A program made the translations under genes and the position numbers. From NCBI GenBank assembly GCA_052390235.1, contig JBQTHB010000008.1:36840-100839 (forward strand): a stretch of DNA of 64,000 nt. Reading direction: 5' to 3'. Positions 38,368 to 48,600 of this stretch are shown here, piece after piece. Within the stretch, counting starts at the first letter, position 1. The number at the start of each line of letters is the position of its first letter. The notes below the pieces were generated by a model, which saw nothing but the letters and a program-made list of their open reading frames with translations, searched no databases and was not told the DNA's origin. This DNA is from Deltaproteobacteria bacterium (GTDB lineage Bacteria > Desulfobacterota_D > UBA1144 > Nemesobacterales > CSP1-2).

Positions 38368-40485
38368 TCAGGTTAGAAGCCCGATGAAAAACGAATTCAG
38401 CTTATCCGCGAGCCTGTCCAAAAACGAGGGATTCTCCACTACCTCGGCCCTATAAAACGACGGACACAGCGACGCCGCGTGGGCTATCTCGCCGCATAGA
38501 CCGCACCCAACGCAGGAGCTTTCAATATGGGCTATGGGCGCGTCCCGGAGTATCGTGGGGCTTTTTTTGAGCGTGAGCGACGGGCATCCGTTGAGCCTCA
38601 TACAGGAGTGGTCTCCAGTGCAGAGGTCTTCGTCCACCCCTAGCTTTTGGCTAACCACGCGCCTGCCCGCCGTAAGTTGCCTCTTCACCTCGTCCTTCTG
38701 TCTTCGGGTTTTCTCTAGCTGGCACTCGCCCTTTGAGATGACGACTTTAAGCCCTCTGGGAGCGCCGTAAGCCTGCTTCAGCGCCCTCATTGACTCCTTT
38801 AAATCGTATGGGTCTACCTTTTTAATCCACTTCACGCCGGCGCCGCGGAGGGCTTTTTCAATGTCCATTGTAACGGCTTCCTGCCTCATATTTCTGCCCG
38901 ATGCGGGGTTTTCGTGGTGTCCCGTCATGGAAGTCCAGAAGTTTTCGAGAATGACGAGAGTGGCGTCCTGATTGTTATAGACGGCGTTCGTGATGCTCGT
39001 CGTAAGCCCGCTATGCCAGAAAGTGCCGTCTCCCATGAATGAAATCACCCTCTTGTTGGTCATCCGCGAGAGGGCGTTTGCCGATGCAAGCCCGACTCCC
39101 ATGCCGGTTATCGAGTGGCTTAGGTCAAAGGGGGGAAGCCCGCTCATGGAGTAACAGCCGATGTCGGATGCGTAGTAGGAGGGTCCGTACTCGCGCTCTA
39201 GGATTTTGATAGCCGTAAATATCGGTCTCTCGGGACAGCCGGTGCAAAAGACGGGGTTTCTCTTTACGACAGTATCTTTCAAAAAACCGGCGGCGGATGC
39301 CTTGTGGCGTTCGATAAATTCGCTTCTGCGCCGTATTGAGTCTTGGGCGCGGCTCGATTCGGACGATTGGCAGAGAAATTGCCCAACGCCCTTAATTATC
39401 CGCTCCGGCGTAATCTCCCCCGCCTCAGGGAGAACGTCCTTGCCAAATATCTCGGCCGTGATTTTCTCCCTCTGAGCAATGGCCCTGACGCGCTCCTCAA
39501 TTAGATTTGGCATCCCCTCCTCGACGATGAGCGCCGCCCCTTTGCCCCGCAGAAAAGAGGCTATCTCATCGGGTACGAGCGGATGAACGACATTCAAATT
39601 TAGTATCGGGATATCGCATCCGCCTCGAATATCAGCAACGCCGAGGGTGTAGAGGCATCTCATCAGGGAATTAAACGCCGCCCCGTGAGTGATAATGCCG
39701 ATGTCCGTCCGGCTCCCCTCGAAGATTTCGTTGAGCTTCCTTGCGGCGATAAAGTTTCTTGCGGCAGGCATTCTCTCGGAGTATTTATTCGCCTCCTGCT
39801 CTTGGGTATAGGGGGGAAGGGCAATTGTCGAGGGATTCGATATTATCTCATCAAAGCGATTTATCATGCTGATGGCGGGATTTTTGTTATCTCTGCACCG
39901 GATTTTCCCTCTGATGTGTCCGGCTCGCATGGAGAGGAGAAATATGACCGGCATCCTAGAGGCTTCGGAAAGCTCAAACCCCGCTTCTATCATATCGGCG
40001 ATGTGGTCTAAATCCCCCCTTGCGTCAATTGCAGGCATGGAGGATTTCAATGCAAATGAGAGGGCTTTCTCGGCGACGCACGTGCTGTCGCATCCGTAGT
40101 CTTCGCCGACAATTATGAGAGCGCCGCCCTTTACGCCTGATGAGCAGATATGCGCCAGGGCATCCGAGGCGACATTTGTCCCTACAATTTTCCAGTTCAC
40201 AGAGCCTCGGATTGGGTAATTTATGGAGGCCGAAAGCAGGGCGGCGGCTGAGGCTTCATTGCCGGAGCAGTCGAAATAAATCCCCATACCTTTAAGCACA
40301 GGCTCGTAGGCATCTGCGATGGCGTCTATGAGACTCGCCGTGGGAGAGCCGGGGTATCCGCCGAGGTAGCTCACGCCGGATTGCAGCAAGGCCTTCAGAA
40401 TCACCACCGGAGCGTCGGCGTAAAGGGTTTCGCCTCTGCCTTTTTTGAGTCCCGCAATGACCTCTTTCGGATAGTTTGTCCCCAT
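38368..40485 (-). CDS. iorA: Indolepyruvate:ferredoxin oxidoreductase alpha subunit
   Basis: GYPGSP, NE, FCTGCPER, DIGC, GDGTFWHSG (ThDP), C-terminal ferredoxin CVGCGLC. Confidence 0.92.
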   Translation of the reverse strand: MGTNYPKEVIAGLKKGRGETLYADAPVVILKALLQSGVSYLGGYPGSPTASLIDAIADAYEPVLKGMGIYFDCSGNEASAAALLSASINYPIRGSVNWKIVGTNVASDALAHICSSGVKGGALIIVGEDYGCDSTCVAEKALSFALKSSMPAIDARGDLDHIADMIEAGFELSEASRMPVIFLLSMRAGHIRGKIRCRDNKNPAISMINRFDEIISNPSTIALPPYTQEQEANKYSERMPAARNFIAARKLNEIFEGSRTDIGIITHGAAFNSLMRCLYTLGVADIRGGCDIPILNLNVVHPLVPDEIASFLRGKGAALIVEEGMPNLIEERVRAIAQREKITAEIFGKDVLPEAGEITPERIIKGVGQFLCQSSESSRAQDSIRRRSEFIERHKASAAGFLKDTVVKRNPVFCTGCPERPIFTAIKILEREYGPSYYASDIGCYSMSGLPPFDLSHSITGMGVGLASANALSRMTNKRVISFMGDGTFWHSGLTTSITNAVYNNQDATLVILENFWTSMTGHHENPASGRNMRQEAVTMDIEKALRGAGVKWIKKVDPYDLKESMRALKQAYGAPRGLKVVISKGECQLEKTRRQKDEVKRQLTAGRRVVSQKLGVDEDLCTGDHSCMRLNGCPSLTLKKSPTILRDAPIAHIESSCVGCGLCGEIAHAASLCPSFYRAEVVENPSFLDRLADKLNSFFIGLLT

Positions 40486-40564
40486 GAAGCCTTAGAATAA
40501 CAGAAAAGAAAACCCGATTCTACCGGCTACAGGGGCGGAGGCGGGAATCTCCCCACGGCATTGG

Positions 40565-41026
40565 TTATTCTCTCGCGCCGCCCTCAGCGCTGAGGGCGGC
40601 GGAGTAATCCCTCAGGGATTCAATCTGCTCGTCGTTTACGAGAAACACCGGGCGGCGTTCCCTCACATAGTCGAGAGCATCGTCCGGGGTCATCCCCTCG
40701 GAGACAAAGAAAGAGGCGAGCATGAGGTTCGTCCTGCCCATTCCGGCGTAGCAGTGAACGACGACGCGTTTGCCTTCGGCGATTTTCTCGCGGACGAACT
40801 TGACGAACTGCTCAATGTCCCCTAGCTTCGGGGCGCGGAAATCATTTATCGGGATGTGTTTCGCCTCGAATTCCTCGTAATTCCAGGTGTACTCCTCAAG
40901 GTTGACAATAACGCCGATTCCCATTTTCTTCAGGAATTCAACGTCGGATTCATATTTTTGCGCAAATCCCGGCCTCTCCATTCCGGCTAGTTTGTCGGGA
41001 ATCACCCAAGAGAATCTCTCCGCCAT
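40565..41026 (-). CDS. Dual-specificity/Cys-based protein phosphatase
   Basis: VHCYAGMGRT P-loop, IND acid loop. Confidence 0.92.
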   Translation of the reverse strand: MAERFSWVIPDKLAGMERPGFAQKYESDVEFLKKMGIGVIVNLEEYTWNYEEFEAKHIPINDFRAPKLGDIEQFVKFVREKIAEGKRVVVHCYAGMGRTNLMLASFFVSEGMTPDDALDYVRERRPVFLVNDEQIESLRDYSAALSAEGGARE

Positions 41027-41341
41027 AGCTCTCCTCTCCTCGATTTATGCAGCCCCGGTCGGCGCGCCGCGTGAGTACAATATAACGATTCCCCGCAGTT
41101 ATCAAGCCGCTCATCGCATCCCCCCCACATTATCGTTTGGAGGAGGGAAAGAAACAGTCGGAATGACCGCCGATACGAGCGGGCTATGAGATTTCGTATT
41201 TTACATCCCGCTTGCGTGAGGGCGGCGCGGCAAACCCATCCGTCCGCAGAAGAGGCAATAAATCAGCGATACCAATCGAAAATTGCGGATTTTTATTAGA
41301 ACACGGGCGGCTCATCAGCGGTGGCTTAGGTAATTTATCCC

Positions 41342-41992
41342 CTAAGGGGCGAGCCTCTCGATAATCCACCCCTGCCTGCGGGCGGCGCGCCTGTAACGGA
41401 GGCGGTCGTGGAGGCGATTGGCGCGTCCCTGCCAGAATTCAATTGACTCTGGCTCTAGGCGGTATCCGAGCCAATAGGGGGGGCGCGGAATCTCGCCGTC
41501 CGCGTACTTGCGCGCGAGCTCCGACATTTTCCCGTCGAGAACCGAGCGATCTGAGATGACCCTGCTCTGCTCCGAAGCCCAAGCCCCGACCTGACTCCCC
41601 CGCGGGCGGGTTCGGAAGTAGGCATCTGCCTCATCCGCCGATAATATCTCAATTTTGCCCTCGACGCGCACCTGCCGCTCAAGTTCAGCCCACCAGAAAA
41701 CCATAGCCGCCTTGGGGCTACGGTGAATCTCGCCGCCTTTTCTGCTCTCGGAATTGGTGTAGAAGTAAAATCCCCCCTCGTCAAAACCCTTGAGGAGCAT
41801 CATACGCGCAGACGGAGCGCCGCCGCCCTCAGCCGTAGCAAGGGTCATAGCGTTCGGGAATAGCGGAATTTCCCTGAGCGCGTCGTCAAACCACGCGGCG
41901 AACTGCGCTATTGGGTCGGGGGCGAGGTCTCCGTCATTGAGTTCGCGGAGACTGAACTGCCTTCCGAGTTTATCAGCCGATGAGGGGTTCAT
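41342..41992 (-). CDS. pdxH: Pyridoxamine 5'-phosphate oxidase
   Basis: NAMTLAT, RMMLLK, SRKG, RQVRVEG, EFWQGRANRLHDR, RLAP. Confidence 0.97.
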   Translation of the reverse strand: MNPSSADKLGRQFSLRELNDGDLAPDPIAQFAAWFDDALREIPLFPNAMTLATAEGGGAPSARMMLLKGFDEGGFYFYTNSESRKGGEIHRSPKAAMVFWWAELERQVRVEGKIEILSADEADAYFRTRPRGSQVGAWASEQSRVISDRSVLDGKMSELARKYADGEIPRPPYWLGYRLEPESIEFWQGRANRLHDRLRYRRAARRQGWIIERLAP

Positions 41993-41997
41993 AGCGG

Positions 41998-43374
41998 TTA
42001 ATTTTTCCCAAGCAGGTGGCGCAGGGCGGCGTCAAGGGTTGGATAGCGGAATTTATAGCCCGTATCGAGCAGTTTTTGAGGGGCAACGCGGACGCTTGCA
42101 AGGAGCATCTCGTCAGCCATCTCTCCGGCTATAAGCCTCAGAAGGGCCTTCGGCACGGGGAGCAGAGTTGGACGGCGAAGGACTTTGCCGAGGGCTGTAG
42201 TGAATTCGGCGTTTGTCGCTGGGCTGGGAGAGACCACGTTGAGAGGGCCGCTCACGTTTTCATTCATGAGGGCGTGATAAATTGCGCCGATGGCATCGTC
42301 AACCGCTATCCAGCTAAAATACTGGTCTCCAGAGCCGATTCTCCCGCCGACCCCCAGGCGAAAAGGCAGAAGCATCGTTTTGAGCGCCCCGCCCGCCGGA
42401 CTTAAGACTACCCCGATACGCAGATGCGCGACTCTTATCCCCTTTTGTATCGCAGGCTCGGCTACGGCTTCCCACTCGCGGCAGACATTTGCCAAAAACC
42501 CTCCGCCGGGGGAGCTTTTCTCCGTCAGAATCTCATCCCCGCGGCTGCCGTAAAACCCGATAGCCGAGGCTAGAAGTAGCGCTTTAGGCGGATTTTTTAG
42601 CGCGGCGAGGGACTGCGCAATGAGCCTCGTGCCCCTCACCCGGCTCGTCCTGATTCTGTTTTTTTTCTCGGACGTCCAAATTCCGGCGATGTTCTCTCCG
42701 GCGAGGTGAATCACGGCATCCTGCCCCTCGAAAATTTCCGGGTTAATCGCTTTGCCGTCAGGATTCCACGAAACCTCCCCCGAAGCCGCATTTTTAGACC
42801 TCACCATTCGGGTTACCAGATGCCCGCCCGCAGTGAGCATCGGGGCAAGAGCTGAGCCTATAAGTCCGGTTGAGCCTGAAATTAGAATATTCATCGCTTC
42901 TGTATGATAACCGCTCCGGGCTTCAATATCGAGCTTGAGAGCGCTGTGGCGGTAACGGAAAAGGGTTTCGAGCTTTTCCCTGACAAATTTGCCCGCGAGC
43001 AGATTTCCAGCCGCCCCCATCGGAAGGGCATATTCAACCCTATCCTCGTGAATAGAGGCTGAATCGCCATCGGCTATGACTTTATGAGTATGCTCCCAAG
43101 AGGCGAATGGGCCCGATATTTGAACGTCCCGAAACTCCCTGCCCTCGATATATCCCCGATGCTCGACCACCCACTTATGGGAAATTCCCCAGACGCAGGT
43201 CTCGAGCGTAACCCGCGAGCCGTCGTCCTCAATGCCTCCGGTGCGTTCCAGTACCTTGACTCTTTCCCAAGGCGGGGTGAGACGCTCCAGCGCGCCGGGG
43301 GCTTTGAGCCAATTGAAAACATCATCGGCAGGGGCTTGAATGCGTGTGCGGCAGGTGAAAATTTGTTTTTTCAT
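41998..43374 (-). CDS. SRPBCC domain fused to TIGR01777 family NAD-dependent oxidoreductase
   Basis: N-terminal RLTPPW...GPFASWEHTH, then SGSTGLIG, HLAGENI, SAIGFYG, GGRIGSGDQ; alternative start 43404. Confidence 0.92.
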   Translation of the reverse strand: MKKQIFTCRTRIQAPADDVFNWLKAPGALERLTPPWERVKVLERTGGIEDDGSRVTLETCVWGISHKWVVEHRGYIEGREFRDVQISGPFASWEHTHKVIADGDSASIHEDRVEYALPMGAAGNLLAGKFVREKLETLFRYRHSALKLDIEARSGYHTEAMNILISGSTGLIGSALAPMLTAGGHLVTRMVRSKNAASGEVSWNPDGKAINPEIFEGQDAVIHLAGENIAGIWTSEKKNRIRTSRVRGTRLIAQSLAALKNPPKALLLASAIGFYGSRGDEILTEKSSPGGGFLANVCREWEAVAEPAIQKGIRVAHLRIGVVLSPAGGALKTMLLPFRLGVGGRIGSGDQYFSWIAVDDAIGAIYHALMNENVSGPLNVVSPSPATNAEFTTALGKVLRRPTLLPVPKALLRLIAGEMADEMLLASVRVAPQKLLDTGYKFRYPTLDAALRHLLGKN

Positions 43375-43413
43375 AGGCTTATGAGCCGGCGCATACGATA
43401 ACAAACCCGCGCC

Positions 43414-44556
43414 CTAGGTGTGAAATCCGCGCAGAATCTGCCCATTTGCCGAGGCGAGGATTTTCTGAATCCCCTCTTTTTCAATCTGCCGGACTCGCTC
43501 TCGGGTAATGCCGAACCTCCTGCCGATTTCATCGAGCGTATATGCCGCCTCATGGTCAATTCCAAACCGCATTTTTATTATCTGACTCTCGCGCGGGGCA
43601 AGCAGGAGCAGAGAATCGGCGACGACCCTCTTAAGGCGGGCTTTCTCGACTGCAATGTCTGGCAGAGGGGATTTTTCATCCGGCATCAGGTCCAGAAAGG
43701 TCTTCCCCTCCTCGTAGCCAAGAGCCGTATCTAGGGAAATCACATAGTTTGCCGACTCCAGTATCTGGTTTATCGCCTCGACGGAAAGCCCTGTTTTGTC
43801 GGCGATTTCTTCTGCCGTTGGCTCTTTTTCGTTTTCTCTAAGAAACATCGCCCTAACGCGCTTAACTTTATTCGACTGCTCGAGAATATATACGGGAACG
43901 CGTATGGTGCGGGTCTGCTCAATTATAGCTCTGGTTATCGCCTGCTGTATCCACCATCCGGCGTATGTAGAGAATTTAAATCCCTTTGTGTGGTCGAATT
44001 TCTCAACCGCTCTGATGAGTCCGATATTTCCCTCCTGAATCAGATCCGTCAGAGGGAGACCCTGCCCCACGTAGCGTTTAGCCATGCTTATTACAAGGCG
44101 GAGGTTTGCTTTGACGAATTTTGCCCTTAGCTCTTCGGCGACTCTCGAATACAGGGCGGCGAGGTTTCGCAGACGCTCCTGGGAGGCAGGCGGCAATGGC
44201 GGGTGGCTATTAGCGCGCTTTTTTGATAGCTTTTGCAGGGTTTTTTGAGCGTCTTTGGCTCTCTGAAGGCAGTTTTTAATCTTCGCCGCAATTTGCCTCT
44301 CAGTTTTCGCCGTGAGGAGCGGCTCGTCTAATATGTCTTTGAAATATATGTAGAGGACTTTGAATTCCTCATATATCTCAGATTTATCGCTTTTGGCTGA
44401 CTGTTTTGCTGAATCAAACGGCTCAAACTCAGGGGAGTCTTCATCGGCAGCGGATGGAAGGGGTTCATAGCTCTGCGCCGATGCTGAAATATCGTCGTAG
44501 GGATTATCGAGAGCGGCAATTTTATATTTTACGCTTTCGGGTTTTGAGGTTTTCAT
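43414..44556 (-). CDS. Alternative RpoD-like (group 2) sigma-70 factor
   Basis: Region 1.2 PLLT, region 2 [13 protein letters not shown]...[10 protein letters not shown]...[11 protein letters not shown], region 4 TLDEIG...TRERVRQIE; no recognisable region 1.1. Confidence 0.93.
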   Translation of the reverse strand: MKTSKPESVKYKIAALDNPYDDISASAQSYEPLPSAADEDSPEFEPFDSAKQSAKSDKSEIYEEFKVLYIYFKDILDEPLLTAKTERQIAAKIKNCLQRAKDAQKTLQKLSKKRANSHPPLPPASQERLRNLAALYSRVAEELRAKFVKANLRLVISMAKRYVGQGLPLTDLIQEGNIGLIRAVEKFDHTKGFKFSTYAGWWIQQAITRAIIEQTRTIRVPVYILEQSNKVKRVRAMFLRENEKEPTAEEIADKTGLSVEAINQILESANYVISLDTALGYEEGKTFLDLMPDEKSPLPDIAVEKARLKRVVADSLLLLAPRESQIIKMRFGIDHEAAYTLDEIGRRFGITRERVRQIEKEGIQKILASANGQILRGFHT

Positions 44557-44594
44557 TTTGATTTATCCAGCTAGCAAAGTGGGCTTTAATCTTG

Positions 44595-44674
44595 ATTTTA
44601 GACACTGTCCGGGCTTTTGTCAAGGTTTTGTCTAATTTTATTTACTTGACAAACATTAGACAAAATTATATATT
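44595..44674. promoter_or_regulatory. Back-to-back sigma70 promoters overlapped by GACA operator-like repeats (CarH/LitR type)
   Basis: Minus: TTGACA-17-TAAAAT (44623-44595). Plus: TTGACA-17-TATATT (44646-44674). TGTC at 44606, 44618, 44629; GACA at 44601, 44648, 44659. Confidence 0.8.
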
Positions 44675-44684
44675 TTCGAGCATA

Positions 44685-45602
44685 ATGAACTCAGAGAATT
44701 ACTCAATCAAAATAGCGGCGCGAAAAACTGGACTCACCCCCCACCTCATCCGCGCTTGGGAAAAACGCTACGAGGCAGTATCCCCCGAAAGGGCCGCGAA
44801 TAACCACCGCCTATACTCGCCAGTCGAAATCGAGCGCCTAGCCCTGCTCCGACGGGCAACACACAGGGGACTGAGCATTAGCCAAGCCGCCCGAATGCCA
44901 AGCGAGAGAATTATAGAACTACTCAAAAACGAAGGGGACTCCGCAAATTTAGAAACCGAGGCGATAGCCGAAAAAACCGATTTTTACCCCTCCTGCATCG
45001 CCGCCGCCGAGAGATTCGACGCCGAAGAGCTTGAGCGACTGCTCAGCGAGGCAACAGTGGAACTCGGTAAAATTGGGATAATTGAGACCGTAATAACTCC
45101 AATAATGGAGAGAATCGGAGAGCGGTGCCGTTTGGGAACCCTCAGAATCGCCCACGAGCATTTGGCATCTGCCGTGATACGCAACTTCCTCGGAAATCTT
45201 AGAAGCTCAATCAAGACTGAAAACCGCGCCCCGCGCATCGTCATCGCCACTCCGGCGGGACAGCTCCACGACATAGGGGCTATCGTAGCCGCTCTGATTG
45301 CCGCCTCCCAGGGATGGCGCGTAACGTACCTCGGAGCGAATCTACCGGCTGAGGAAATTGCCGTCGCTGTCATAAAGACGAAAGCCAAAGCCGCCGCTTT
45401 GAGCATTGTTTATCCCGAAGACGACTGGAGGCTTGACAGCGAGCTTCGGACGTTGCGGCAGTGCCTAGGGAACGGGATAAGCCTCTTTGCGGGAGGCAGA
45501 GGGGCGAGGAGCTACTCAGGGGCGCTGGAGGAGATAAATGCAATATACACTGATGGCATAGAGAATTTTAAACTCGGACTCGAAAATTTAAGAAAGTTCT
45601 GA
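44685..45602 (+). CDS. MerR-family cobalamin-binding regulator (CarH/LitR-like)
   Basis: MerR HTH (IRAWEKRY...HRLYS), Cx9EH in the helical bundle, QxHxxG (QLHDIG), YLGANLP. Confidence 0.92.
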   Translation: MNSENYSIKIAARKTGLTPHLIRAWEKRYEAVSPERAANNHRLYSPVEIERLALLRRATHRGLSISQAARMPSERIIELLKNEGDSANLETEAIAEKTDFYPSCIAAAERFDAEELERLLSEATVELGKIGIIETVITPIMERIGERCRLGTLRIAHEHLASAVIRNFLGNLRSSIKTENRAPRIVIATPAGQLHDIGAIVAALIAASQGWRVTYLGANLPAEEIAVAVIKTKAKAAALSIVYPEDDWRLDSELRTLRQCLGNGISLFAGGRGARSYSGALEEINAIYTDGIENFKLGLENLRKF

Positions 45603-45722
45603 AATCAGGTATTATAATTAACTAAAATCCCACGGAGACGTATCAGCGTAACCGCCCGCCTAGACAAAAAAATAATATAATCTAGCAAAAACACAATCAA
45701 AAATTAACGGAGATTCAACCCT

Positions 45723-47429
45723 ATGGCGAAAACCAACGGCACTAAAAAACTCTTTGATGTCCTCATCGAAGAAGGCATCAGCACAGTGTTCTGCCCCATG
45801 GAGGGGGACGGAATCAAGTTTCAAGATTTCATCTCCAAAGATTCCGCAAATTCCATCAGATTCGTCGCCGCTGTACACGAGCAGGCGGCTTCCCACATGG
45901 CCGATGGATACGCAAGGGCATCTGGAAAGCCGGGAATCGTGCTTTGCAGCAGAGGCGCGTCGGCAATCAACACAGTTACGGGACTCGCCACCGCGCAAAT
46001 GGACTCATCCCCGATAATAGTATTCATTGGTCATTTCCCATCCCCTTGGGGTAGGAGCGAACTACTCGAAGAAACTGACATTATCGGCATTACGAGGTCT
46101 TGCACAAAACACAATTTCACTGTCAAAGACCCTCAGGACCTCCCCGCCGCCGTCCGAAAGGCTATACACATCGCGTCAACCGGCAGACCCAGCCCCGTTG
46201 TCGTCGAAATTGCAGAGAACATCCTCGCCGGCGAACATGAATTTCTCACCATTCCGAGCGTAAATTTGAGAGGCTATAAGCCCACGCTCAAGGGCAACCC
46301 GAAGCAGGTAAAGCTCGCCGCCGAGATGATACTCGCATCCAAGCGTCCGGTCGTGTTCGGCGGAGGCGGCATAGTCTGCTCAGGCGCAACCGACGAGCTT
46401 GTAGAATTCGCCGAGAGGCTCAACATTCCCGTCGCGCTAACGTTAATGGGCATCGGCTCATTCCCCCCCGACGACCCTCACTACATCAACTGGATTGGGA
46501 TGCACGGGGCTTACTGCGCCAATATGGCAGTGCATGACAGCGACCTGGTCATCTCCATCGGAGCGAGATTTGACGACAGGGCAACGGGCGGGAACTTCGC
46601 CAAATTCGCCCCAAACGCAAAGATAATACACATTGACGTTGACCCCTCGACAATTGACAAAAACATCCGCGTCCACTGCCCCATTATCGGCGACGCCAAG
46701 ACCGTCATCGGGCAACTTTTGGATGCCATCCCCGCCGACACGAAACTCGACACCGGGGCTTGGTTCGCAAAAATCAGAGAATGGGACAGGAAGCACCCGC
46801 TCAGACACAACGAATCCACAGAGAAAATCCAGACCACCCACGTCATTAAAACCCTCTCCGACGTAACCGGCGGAAGCGCCACGGTCGTCTCCGATGTAGG
46901 TCAGCACCAGATGTGGGTCGCCCAGTTCTATAAGTTCAGCAAGCCGAGGACACATATAACATCGGGCGGGCTTGGCACAATGGGATTCGGATTCCCCGCG
47001 TCCATCGGGGCGAAATTCGCGCTTCCCGACGAGCAGGTCATAAGCGTCTCCGGCGATGGGAGCTTTCAGATGAATATGCAGGAACTCTCGACAGCCGTCA
47101 TCAATAACATGGATTTGAAGCTAATTGTGCTAAACAACCGCCACCACGGTATGGTGCGCCAGTGGCAGACCATGTTCTTCAATCAAAACTACTCGGCATC
47201 GTACTTCGAGGTGCTGCCGGATTTCGTTAAAGTTGCCGAATCGTTCGGAGCAAAGGGAATCCTCATAACGAAGCCCGAAGAGATGGAGGGGATGCTAAGA
47301 GAGGGACTTTCCACGCCTGGGGTCGTGCTAATGGAGATTATAGTGGATTGCGAAGAGATGGTCTATCCGATGATAGCGCCGGGCGGCGCGATGAACGAGA
47401 TGATACTCGGAGCGGCAGACGTGGCTTGA
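45723..47429 (+). CDS. ilvB: Acetolactate synthase large subunit homologue with divergent N-terminal domain
   Basis: HEQ, GMHG, RFDDR, GQHQMW, GTMGFG, GDGSFQMN, GMVRQWQ. Confidence 0.85.
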   Translation: MAKTNGTKKLFDVLIEEGISTVFCPMEGDGIKFQDFISKDSANSIRFVAAVHEQAASHMADGYARASGKPGIVLCSRGASAINTVTGLATAQMDSSPIIVFIGHFPSPWGRSELLEETDIIGITRSCTKHNFTVKDPQDLPAAVRKAIHIASTGRPSPVVVEIAENILAGEHEFLTIPSVNLRGYKPTLKGNPKQVKLAAEMILASKRPVVFGGGGIVCSGATDELVEFAERLNIPVALTLMGIGSFPPDDPHYINWIGMHGAYCANMAVHDSDLVISIGARFDDRATGGNFAKFAPNAKIIHIDVDPSTIDKNIRVHCPIIGDAKTVIGQLLDAIPADTKLDTGAWFAKIREWDRKHPLRHNESTEKIQTTHVIKTLSDVTGGSATVVSDVGQHQMWVAQFYKFSKPRTHITSGGLGTMGFGFPASIGAKFALPDEQVISVSGDGSFQMNMQELSTAVINNMDLKLIVLNNRHHGMVRQWQTMFFNQNYSASYFEVLPDFVKVAESFGAKGILITKPEEMEGMLREGLSTPGVVLMEIIVDCEEMVYPMIAPGGAMNEMILGAADVA

Positions 47430-47497
47430 GCGAGGGCGTGGGGTCGCGGCTCACACATAGGCGCAAAATTGGATTTTGAATGTGGGGAGGGAGGGGG

Positions 47498-48514
47498 TTA
47501 ATCCCCGAAAGTGTCTAATATAGCCCGCTGGTACTCCTTGACCTCTTTGAAATCGAGGAAGTAGTGAGGCGCGCTCAGTATCGGCACATCGAGAATCTCT
47601 CGATACGCCGCGATTTTCCTTCTGCACTCATCCCTGCTTCCCACAACTGCGAACGCGCTGACCATATCGTCGGATACGGCATCTATCATCGTCTGTATGT
47701 CGCCCTTCGAATACGCCTCTCTAATCTTTGCCGCCTCCTTCTCAAATCCGTGAAGACGAAACGGCGGCTCGTAAGGGCGCACCGTGGCGTAAAAGGCGAT
47801 GGTGCGGCGCGCGGCGTCCATTGCCTGTTTGCGGTTCTCGGACACGGCGCAGGTGATTATCGAGGCAACGGTAAAATCCTCCCGCGCTCTGCCGGAGACC
47901 TGAAGCCCTGCTCGGATGCCCCCGACGACGACCTCTTTAATGTAATGAGCAGAGCAGACCACGTGCCCAAGATAGCCGTCAGCAACCTCAGCGGCGGCAC
48001 GGGTCATCCCCGCTCCGACGCCGGCGAGATAGATCGGGAATTTCTCCCTATAGGGCTTAAACGGGCGACGGTAGCCCCTGGTGTTTATATTATAATATTC
48101 GCCGGAGAGGGTTACGGGCGAGGAGGTGTGGGCGTTTTCGGCGATAAGCCTAATTGCCCGGATACACTCTTTAATGCGCGTGGCGGGTTTTGCCCCAAAC
48201 GGGACGCCGTGGAAAAGCTCGTTGGTGCGCTTAGCCCCTGTGCCAAGCCCCAGGATTAACCTCCCCCCTGAGATTTCATCCAAATCCAGAGAGCTGAGCG
48301 CCGTAATGAGGGGGCTTCTCACAAAGGCAAGGGCGACCGCCGTGCCTAGGGCTATGCGCTTAGTGGCATGAGCGGCACAGGAGAGTTGCTCGAAAGAGGT
48401 TCTATAGAGTTCCGTAGCCCAAAGGGAGTGAAATCCCGCGTCCTCGGCATCGGCCGCCAAATGCGCCAGCTCTGAGAGACTGTGGGCGTCGAGTATTAAT
48501 CCAAGAGAGTTCAT
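47498..48514 (-). CDS. Luciferase-like (LLM) flavin/F420-dependent oxidoreductase
   Basis: AEDAGFHSLW, LGTAVA, SGGRLILGLG, AAEVADG. Confidence 0.9.
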   Translation of the reverse strand: MNSLGLILDAHSLSELAHLAADAEDAGFHSLWATELYRTSFEQLSCAAHATKRIALGTAVALAFVRSPLITALSSLDLDEISGGRLILGLGTGAKRTNELFHGVPFGAKPATRIKECIRAIRLIAENAHTSSPVTLSGEYYNINTRGYRRPFKPYREKFPIYLAGVGAGMTRAAAEVADGYLGHVVCSAHYIKEVVVGGIRAGLQVSGRAREDFTVASIITCAVSENRKQAMDAARRTIAFYATVRPYEPPFRLHGFEKEAAKIREAYSKGDIQTMIDAVSDDMVSAFAVVGSRDECRRKIAAYREILDVPILSAPHYFLDFKEVKEYQRAILDTFGD

Positions 48515-48531
48515 CGGAGGCTACATAAGCG

Positions 48532-48575
48532 AAAAAAAACAGCGGAACGAGCCCCAAGCCCGCCCCGCCGCTGTG
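48532..48575 (-). terminator. Terminator of the ribosomal superoperon
   Basis: ACAGCGG...CCGCTGT GC-rich hairpin followed by a T-run, downstream of rplQ. Confidence 0.8.
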
Positions 48576-48600
48576 ATTTTTTAAACAGAGGTTTTCTCTA

